A DNA stretch of 64,000 bases from Nitrospinota bacterium. Its GTDB lineage: Bacteria; Nitrospinota_A; UBA7883; JACRGQ01. Where the stretch lies: the NCBI GenBank assembly GCA_016200345.1, contig JACQEX010000005.1, positions 7,968 through 71,967 of the forward strand, given 5' to 3'. Of the stretch, positions 57,340 through 64,000 are shown in pieces. How positions within the stretch are numbered: the stretch's first letter is position 1; each line of letters begins with the position of its first letter. The position numbers were made by a program, and so were the translations under genes. Below the pieces are notes generated by a model, which was not told the origin of the DNA, made no database searches, and was given only the letters and a program-made list of their open reading frames with translations.

Positions 57340-58548
57340 TCAAAAGGCCATTGCGATTCCGCATGTGAACACGTCCTCGCCCTTCCAAGTGTCGCTTTGC
57401 GTTATGTTGCCCACCCGTCCGAACGCCGGGTCGTAGGTAAAGACGTAAAAAACGGAGCCGGTTACGTTTTTCCTAAAGTCATGTTTTATCCCCAAGGCCA
57501 GCCGCTGTTTGAGTTTTTGTTGCGGGGTCACGTCGGAATCAATGTCCGGCTTGTAAATCTCCCCCATCGCGGACAAAAGCGTTTTGGTCGAAACCCCGGC
57601 GGTTAGCTCCACTATCACCGAGTTCGCCCTTTGGAAGGTCGCCGGGGAGCAAACGCCGTTGTTGCAAATCCAAAGGCTGTTCACCGCGCTTGAATAACTG
57701 AATGAGGTGAGGGCCGAGCCGGTGGCGTTGTTCATCGAGGGGTCGGTGAACCACCCTTCCATGTAGACGTATTCAGCCATCAGGGAAAACACGGAGTAGT
57801 CGAGCTTTAAATCGGCCCCGTAGTGGTTGTTGCGTTGTTTAATCGGGGTCGAATATTTTGTCCCGTTGTAGCCGCTGACGCCGAAACTCCAGTTAAAATT
57901 CCCCGCAGGGTTGGCCACCGCGGGGTTGGGATAGTTTGTCGTCTCCAGCGTCTCCGGGTAAATCTCGCCGGTTTGCGCCGGGAACACAATCCTTGCCGCG
58001 AGTGATTTGTCGGAGTTGGAGTCCGTGCCCGCCGTCCCCTCGCCGTTTACAACCGCGACGGAGAAATCAAAAAAAGAAAAGCGCGAATCCAGCCTGGCCC
58101 CGTAGTCCCATTCGCGCCATCTGGGACTGCTCATCGGCCTTGCGGACTGGTTTAGGGCCAGCGTGTCGAACCGGGCGAAGGGGACTTTAACCGAGCCGAG
58201 CCTTAGCGACGTGGCCTCGGCGATGTTTGAGAATTGAAGGTATGTGTCGTCCACCTGGGCTGTCGGGGCGGCAAGCTGGCCATACGCTCTCGAAAACGGC
58301 CCCACGGTCGGTTGCCACTCGCCGGAGACCCGCACCAGCGCGTCCTCGTCAACCGCGTGGAGGACGTCCAGCTTTACTCGCGGGTAAAACGTGGACTCCG
58401 AGCCGGACCATCCGATGCCGTTGTCCCGAACGTACGAGAACTCCGCGTATCCGCGGACATCGGTTTTTCCGATCTCGCCTGCGAGGGCCGGGCTGAGTGC
58501 AAAGGAAAGGGCTAAAAGTTGAAAAAGGAAGAGCCTAATTTTTTTCAT
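57340..58548 (-). CDS. Outer-membrane porin-like beta-barrel
   Basis: Signal peptide, alternating strands, C-terminal Phe. Confidence 0.7.
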   Translation of the reverse strand: MKKIRLFLFQLLALSFALSPALAGEIGKTDVRGYAEFSYVRDNGIGWSGSESTFYPRVKLDVLHAVDEDALVRVSGEWQPTVGPFSRAYGQLAAPTAQVDDTYLQFSNIAEATSLRLGSVKVPFARFDTLALNQSARPMSSPRWREWDYGARLDSRFSFFDFSVAVVNGEGTAGTDSNSDKSLAARIVFPAQTGEIYPETLETTNYPNPAVANPAGNFNWSFGVSGYNGTKYSTPIKQRNNHYGADLKLDYSVFSLMAEYVYMEGWFTDPSMNNATGSALTSFSYSSAVNSLWICNNGVCSPATFQRANSVIVELTAGVSTKTLLSAMGEIYKPDIDSDVTPQQKLKQRLALGIKHDFRKNVTGSVFYVFTYDPAFGRVGNITQSDTWKGEDVFTCGIAMAF

Positions 58549-59521
58549 CGGTCCTCATTATAGAATAAATTTCTTCGGCGGATATCTCCTCCATGCAGTG
58601 ATGGTCGCCGTTGCATTCCCTTTTAAAGCATGGGGCGCAGTCGGAGTTTTGGGTCACCAGCCTGACGCAGTCCGCCATCGGCGCGGTTCTCGAATGGTCG
58701 GTCGGCCCGAAAATGGCTATGGTCTTCACCCCGGTCGCGCCCGCCACGTGAAGCGGGCCGGAGTCGTTCGCCACGACCCACGCGCACCTTGCCATCACCG
58801 CCGCCATTTGTCCTATCGTTGTTTTGCCGACGAGGTTCGTGATTTTTGTCGGCGCGACGTCCTCGAGGGCCTCGCCCTGCATTTCGTCCGAGTTTGTGCC
58901 CAACAGCACCACGCGCCTGTCGTCCCCGGCCGCCAATTTAATAAACGCCTTTAACTGCCGGTGCGGCCAGCATTTTGCCGAGCCGTACCGGGCCCCGAGC
59001 GGAATCGCCACCGCGTCGTCCAGCCCGGAAATATTTTCGGCAAAGGCCGCCTCCTCCGGCAAAAGCGGAAAATCGGCGTTTTGTCCGAACATGCGCACGC
59101 CGAACGGGCGCACGAGGTTAAGGTAGTAGTCCACCATGTGAACCCTCTTAAGCTTCGGCATGACGTTCGTGAGCAAAGGCCCGCGAAAATTTCCGCCGTA
59201 TCCCACGCGGACGGGGCATTTGGCGGCAAGCGCGTGGAGCGCCGAACGAAACGAGTTCGTGAAAAGAAACATGGCGTCGTATTTTCCGGCCAGCGCCTTG
59301 TGCGCTCCGAAAGAGTTTTTCTTCGTGATGTAATGGACTTCGTTTATAAAGCCGTACCTCTCAAAAAGGCCGTCGAGGGAGGCCGGCGCGACCACGGCAA
59401 GCTCCGGAGGCTCGAAGATTTCCGCAAGCCCCTTTATTGCGGGAAGCGACATTATGGCGTCCCCAAGCCAGTTCGGGGCGCGAACCAGTATGCGTCTTGC
59501 GGACTCCAAGTTAAGTTTCAT
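58535..59521 (-). CDS. waaF: LPS heptosyltransferase II
   Basis: ATG 59521; RAPNWLGDAIM, GARYGSAKCWP, ANDSGPLH, AIFGPT. Confidence 0.92.
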   Translation of the reverse strand: MKLNLESARRILVRAPNWLGDAIMSLPAIKGLAEIFEPPELAVVAPASLDGLFERYGFINEVHYITKKNSFGAHKALAGKYDAMFLFTNSFRSALHALAAKCPVRVGYGGNFRGPLLTNVMPKLKRVHMVDYYLNLVRPFGVRMFGQNADFPLLPEEAAFAENISGLDDAVAIPLGARYGSAKCWPHRQLKAFIKLAAGDDRRVVLLGTNSDEMQGEALEDVAPTKITNLVGKTTIGQMAAVMARCAWVVANDSGPLHVAGATGVKTIAIFGPTDHSRTAPMADCVRLVTQNSDCAPCFKRECNGDHHCMEEISAEEIYSIMRTDEKN

Positions 59522-60447
59522 GTCGGCCCGCCAAGCTCGGCAAGTTCCTTCTCGTTCGGCTGTATTTTCCACCTTCTGTGAATCCACAGCCACAAGTCGG
59601 GTCTTGTTGCTATGAAGTCCGCCTGCACGTCCGCAATTTTTTGGGTTATGCGCGCCACGTCGGCCTTTACGTCGCCGGTCGGCTCCGTCTTTATCTCGGG
59701 CAAAAAAACGGCGGTGTGCCGTCCGTCCTTTTCGTTGACGGAATAATACGGAATAATCGGCGCGCCCGTGCGCAGGTGCATCACCGCCGGTGATTTTATG
59801 GTGGAGGCCCACTTGCCGAAAAATTTTACGAATACGGAGTTAAACAGCGCGTTTTGATCCGCGGCTATCGCCACCACCCCCCCCTCGCGCAGGCGCCTTA
59901 TCATCTCGCCGGCCGCCCCTTCCCGCTTGATTATCTTCTGTCCGGACTCCTCGCGCATTTTGTCGGTCTTCTCGTCGAGCAGTTGGTTGTCCACCTTTCT
60001 GATGAGCGTGTGCACGGGGTAGCCTAGGACGGCGAGAGCGTAGTGCACCATCTCGAAGTTGTCGAAATGCGCCCAGACGAGCACCACGCCATTGCCGCGA
60101 TCGAAGGCCCTTTCGAAGTTTTCAAACCCCGTGAACGTGACGTATTGGCCCATGTTTTCCTTTGTTATGTACCGCATGTGGAAAAACTCGGTGGCAAGCC
60201 TTGAAATATTTGCGTACGAGCCTCGCGCGATTTTTAGCAGTTTGGGCTCCGGTTCGTTCGGAAAGGCGAGCCTTATGTGTTCGAGCGCCATCTTGAGCCT
60301 GCTTCTCCAAAGGAAATACGCCAGGGTCGTTAAACTGCCGTACCCCCAGTACCGCATGAACCTCGGGGCGTGGCGGGCGTAAATTCCAATCGCGGAGAGT
60401 ATAAACCACGGAACGTATTCGACGATTCCGGGGCGTTTTCCCTTCAT
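59518..60447 (-). CDS. lpxL: Lipid A late acyltransferase (LpxL/HtrB family)
   Basis: AHFDNFE H-x4-E motif, AADQ, VKFFG, WLWIHRRWK. Confidence 0.88.
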   Translation of the reverse strand: MKGKRPGIVEYVPWFILSAIGIYARHAPRFMRYWGYGSLTTLAYFLWRSRLKMALEHIRLAFPNEPEPKLLKIARGSYANISRLATEFFHMRYITKENMGQYVTFTGFENFERAFDRGNGVVLVWAHFDNFEMVHYALAVLGYPVHTLIRKVDNQLLDEKTDKMREESGQKIIKREGAAGEMIRRLREGGVVAIAADQNALFNSVFVKFFGKWASTIKSPAVMHLRTGAPIIPYYSVNEKDGRHTAVFLPEIKTEPTGDVKADVARITQKIADVQADFIATRPDLWLWIHRRWKIQPNEKELAELGGPT

Positions 60448-61055
60448 CCCCGGTCCGCGACACGGGAGAAGTTTTCCAGCATTTTGAGGCCCGCCGACTG
60501 GCTCTTCTCCGGGTGAAACTGCGTGGCGTACACGTTTTCTTTTTCCACCGACGAAACAAAATTAATCCCGTATTCCGTCGTGCCGGTGGCCACGTCCCCC
60601 TCGGGCGCGACGTAATAGGAATGGACGAAATAAAAATACGAGTCGGACGGGATGCCGTCGAAAAGGGCGGACTTTTTCGTCGTTTGTACGTTGTTCCAGC
60701 CCATATGCGGAACCTTAAGCTCGCCGTGCGGAAACCGCAAAACCTTACCCTTAAGAACACCCAGCCCCTTTTGGACGCCGAACTCCTCGCTCTCGTCGAA
60801 CAACAGCTGTAATCCAAGGCATATGCCGAGGAACGGCCTGCCCGACTCTATGTACTTTCTTATCGGGTTGGAGAGCGAGTAGCCGTCCAGCCGTTCCATG
60901 CAAAGGCCGAAGGCTCCGACCCCGGGCAGGACAAGGCCGGAGGCCGAGGCGATAAAGTCGGCGTCACGCGTGATGATGGCGGGTGAGCCGATTTTTTCAA
61001 ACGCCTTTTGGACGCTTCTGAGGTTGCCCATGCCGTAGTCCACTATGGCTATCAT
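60444..61055 (-). CDS. hisH: Imidazole glycerol phosphate synthase glutaminase subunit
   Basis: ATG 61055; IVDYGMGNL, LGICLGLQ, PHMGWN, QFHPEKS. Confidence 0.97.
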   Translation of the reverse strand: MIAIVDYGMGNLRSVQKAFEKIGSPAIITRDADFIASASGLVLPGVGAFGLCMERLDGYSLSNPIRKYIESGRPFLGICLGLQLLFDESEEFGVQKGLGVLKGKVLRFPHGELKVPHMGWNNVQTTKKSALFDGIPSDSYFYFVHSYYVAPEGDVATGTTEYGINFVSSVEKENVYATQFHPEKSQSAGLKMLENFSRVADRG

Positions 61056-61089
61056 TTTGCCGTCCGTTTCTTGGGGAGGCCCGCTGAAA

Positions 61090-61674
61090 TTAAAGCACGC
61101 CCTTGGTGGAGGGAACGCCCACGGACCTAGGCTCCCGCCTTGTCGCGGCATCTAGCGCGCGGGCGAGAGACTTAAAAACCGCCTCCGCTATGTGGTGCAG
61201 GTTCGTCCCGTGCTCCACCTTTACGTGCAGTGTGAGGCCCGCGGAGTTTGCGAAGGCCTGGAGAAATTCCTCTATAAGCTCCGCGTCGAAATCGCCTATC
61301 TTCCCCTTCGGGATATCCCCTTTGAAGACAAAGAAGGGCCTTCCGGAGCAGTCAACCGACACGGAGGCAAGCGCCTCGTTAAGCGGTATGCTTGCATGGC
61401 CGAATCTGGCAAGCCCCTTTTTGTCACCCAACGCCGCTTTGAATGCCTGGCCCAGCGCGATGCCGCAGTCCTCCACCGTGTGGTGGAAATCAATCGCCGT
61501 GTCCCCCACAGCCTTAATCTTTACGTCGAAAAAGCCGTGCTGGGAAATTTGGTTGATCATGTGGTCGAGGAACGGCACGGACGTGTCTATGGAACTCTCG
61601 CCGACGCCGTCAATTTTAAGTGAGAGGCTAATCCGCGTTTCCTTGGTGTTTCGCTCGATTGATACCGTTTCCAT
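61090..61674 (-). CDS. hisB: Imidazoleglycerol-phosphate dehydratase
   Basis: ATG 61674; RNTKET, FLDHM, HHTVED, NLHHIAEA, STKGVL. Confidence 0.97.
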   Translation of the reverse strand: METVSIERNTKETRISLSLKIDGVGESSIDTSVPFLDHMINQISQHGFFDVKIKAVGDTAIDFHHTVEDCGIALGQAFKAALGDKKGLARFGHASIPLNEALASVSVDCSGRPFFVFKGDIPKGKIGDFDAELIEEFLQAFANSAGLTLHVKVEHGTNLHHIAEAVFKSLARALDAATRREPRSVGVPSTKGVL

Positions 61675-61783
61675 CCGTACCAAACTATAGCATTTCCCGC
61701 GCCCCAATAACAGCCACCCCACTTCAATATGACGGTTGGCAAATGGTCTGGAAACATTAAGATATACTAATTAAAATATTTAG

Positions 61784-61812
61784 TTGACAAATATAGTAGG
61801 GTATATTATCCT
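61784..61812 (+). promoter_or_regulatory. Sigma70 promoter divergent from hisB
   Basis: TTGACA-17 nt-TATCCT. Confidence 0.6.
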
Positions 61813-61848
61813 TCCTTTACTTTAACGATTAAAGAAAGGAAAAGAGTC

Positions 61849-61968
61849 GTGAACGAGTTGATTGGTTTTTTGCTGATAGTCGTCGGATTGGTTCTTGCCT
61901 TCTGCCCCTTTATTCGCGGCGGGATATGCGAGACGTTGTCGGCAAAAGACAAGACGGAGCGGATGTAA
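61849..61968 (+). CDS. 39-aa single-TM small protein (absent from ORF track)
   Basis: AAAGGA RBS; MNELIGFLLIVVGLVLAFCPFIRGGICETLSAKDKTERM. Confidence 0.5.
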   Translation: MNELIGFLLIVVGLVLAFCPFIRGGICETLSAKDKTERM

Positions 61969-62066
61969 GTTTTGCGTTTAAGTACACACCTGTTTAAAAC
62001 GGAGACGCTTCCGAACGGAAACACCGTTTATCCGAACGTGGCCCAGGGCCAGGTGGTCTACTGGTT

Positions 62067-62366
62067 CTAGGGCGGTGTTCCAGTATCTCCTTTACAGGCG
62101 GCGCCTGCGCCAACACGAATTGGTAGCAACGGGATTCATCCTGTTTCTGCGCCCGCAGTGAATGGTTGAGACTTTAAAATGTGAATCAGAGCGAGCGGTT
62201 TGAGACTGTATGAGGGTTGACGAAGGCAGGGCGCAAGGCAGGCCGCAGTAAACGACCATATACTTCCGCCCTCGAAGTCAGAGCGTGTATTATTGCCACT
62301 AGAGGATGGTCGCCGAAAAGCCCGCCGCCACCATAGCGTAATTCTTTTACTGGGACACCGCACTAG
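62067..62366. mobile_element. CTAG-bounded MITE with REP hairpins (copy B, expanded)
   Basis: TIRs CTAGGGCGGTGTTCCAG / CTGGGACACCGCACTAG (15/17 complementary); internal blocks shared with 11595-11742. Confidence 0.75.
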
Positions 62367-62381
62367 GTGATATTCTACGAA

Positions 62382-63612
62382 TCAACCGCCGATGAAGCGG
62401 CGGACGCGCGGGAGCAGTTCGTCCTTGTTGACGGGCTTTGCAATAAAGTCCGAGGCGCCAAGTTGAAATGCCTTGGTGCGCTCCTCTATTCCAAAAGCGG
62501 TCATTAAAATCACCGGTATGTCCTTAAGGCTTGAATCCTTCTTTAGCTCTGAAAGCAGGCCGTAGCCGTCCATTTTTGGCATCTGGATGTCCGATAATAT
62601 CAGGTGGGGTCGCGCGGTTTTTATCTGTTCCAACGCCTCGGCCCCGTTGGTAGCCTCGCGAATAACGCACCCCAAGTGATCCAGAAGGGCGATTGTCAGC
62701 CTTCGCATGGGGCGGTCGTCGTCCACCACAAGAATCGAGGGTCTCACCCTAGGGAGGCGAATTGTAAAAGTGGAGCCCTTCCCCTGCTCGGACGCGACGT
62801 CAATGACCCCTCCGTGGGCTTTTACGATGTCGGCGCACAACGGCAGTCCAAATCCCGTTCCGGGTTCGTCGGCCGTGCCGAAGGCGGAGGTTTTTACCTC
62901 GTGTTTAAACAAGTCTGGCGTCAGTTTTGGATTTATCCCCACCCCCGTGTCGGTGATTGCCACCGCGCCCTCGTCCGACGCCGGCGAATGAAAACGGATG
63001 ACGTCCCCGTTTTTGCAGAACTTCACGGCGTTTGACGCAAGGTTGTTGAACACCTCCTGTAGAAGGGAGACGTCGCCGTACAAGGCAAGATTCTGCGGAA
63101 TTTCATTTACAAACCGAACGCCCTTTTTGTCGGCCACGGCTGAAAGCCCGGAAATTGCCCGTGCCGACAGCACGGCCGCCGAGGCAAAACTCGTGTGCAT
63201 AATCATTTTTCCGCCCTGCAGGCGCGAGATGTCCAGAAGGTCGTCCACCATTTGAACCGCGTTCCGGGCCGTTGTGGTGATGCGTTCGACAAATTCTTTG
63301 GGTGTATCTTTTCGACCAAAAATCGTAGTCGAAAGTCGCGTTCTCGACCCTCCTAAAACCGCGATAAAAATAAAATCGCATGGCGGTGAGGGCCAAGGCG
63401 GAGAAGCCCCAGGCAAAAAGGTGGTCTGGCATGGGGGGTTCGGTCAGTTCGAGTAACGTTAAAACCACGACCGCAACGGGAACGGAAACGAACGAATTTG
63501 TGAGGTTGTCGTAGGCGAGCCTTAATTGAAGGTGTTTAATCCTCATCGCGAGCGACGCCTGCCCGTCGCGAACGTCTAAATTGGCGTCCGCCGTTTTCAC
63601 ATTCGTTGACAT
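62382..63612 (-). pseudogene. Hybrid histidine kinase with internal deletion and frameshift
   Basis: Membrane-sensor N-terminus (63612 to ~63310) joins out of frame to the HisKA second helix, HATPase and REC; H-box absent. Confidence 0.75.
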
Positions 63613-63619
63613 ATTGTTG

Positions 63620-64000
63620 TTACCCTACAAATCTTCTTACCCTTGGGATGAAATCGATCCTGTCAATTTTTCCTTTTGTCACGAATTCATCCGCGCCCAG
63701 TTTGAAAACCGTGTTGCGAATCTCCATTCCATATTCCCCGCTGACGACAAAAACGGGAATATCCCTGGTGTTCAAATCGGCCTTGAGGAGTCGCAACAAT
63801 TCAAGGCCGTCCAGCACGGGCAATTTTAAGTCCGATATCACCAGGTGCGGGCGCCGGCTCGAAATGACCTCCAAAGCCTCGCGTCCGTTTTTTGCCTCCA
63901 AAATTTCCACGTCCATGATTTTTAAATAGGCAGACATCATGAGCCTAAAATCATTGTCGTCGTCCACCACCAATATTTTTGGGCGGACGAAGGGCAGTTT
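63620..64000 (-). CDS. C-terminal receiver domain of a hybrid histidine kinase (runs off window)
   Basis: Open to the window edge: KLPFVRPKILVVDDD...ISDLKLP...PRVRRFVG, paralogous to the 62382 C-terminus. Confidence 0.8.
   Translation of the reverse strand, partial: KLPFVRPKILVVDDDNDFRLMMSAYLKIMDVEILEAKNGREALEVISSRRPHLVISDLKLPVLDGLELLRLLKADLNTRDIPVFVVSGEYGMEIRNTVFKLGADEFVTKGKIDRIDFIPRVRRFVG

Overview
Chromosomal segment of a moderately GC-rich Gram-negative bacterium. The gene mix loosely resembles Nitrospinota/Desulfobacterota-type genomes (inference only). Core genes: purM (5' fragment), pcm, tsaB, trpB2-trpB-trpA, cobU-cobT-cobS, hisA-hisF-hisIE and hisB-hisH, infB, mutS2, lspA, fbp, glnB, waaF, lpxL, plus three tRNAs (Ser-GCT, Leu-CAA, Lys-CTT). 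Accessory content: four AT-rich insertions (AAA_14/DUF4143 ATPase; Eco29kI-type R-M; AbrB-VapC TA; NotI-family R-M), an unusual chemosensory operon, two large surface lipoproteins and several small dispersed repeats. No CRISPR array, integrase or transposase was seen. Strongest leads: (1) an unbroken DciA(DUF721)-lipobox-TPR reading frame upstream of a LolB-like gene; (2) a CTAG-bounded MITE family carrying GTAG-type REP hairpins (two copies, 50 kb apart); (3) a REC-anti-sigma kinase / CheA / CheD-REC operon; (4) a rubredoxin-PsiE membrane fusion; (5) a multi-hairpin element behind tRNA-Ser bounded by pieces of the tRNA 3' end. Five genes carry lesions: cobB, gspB, the Eco29kI-type nuclease, a ParB-like fragment and a hybrid kinase. 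All family assignments come from motif recognition by eye; no database search was run.
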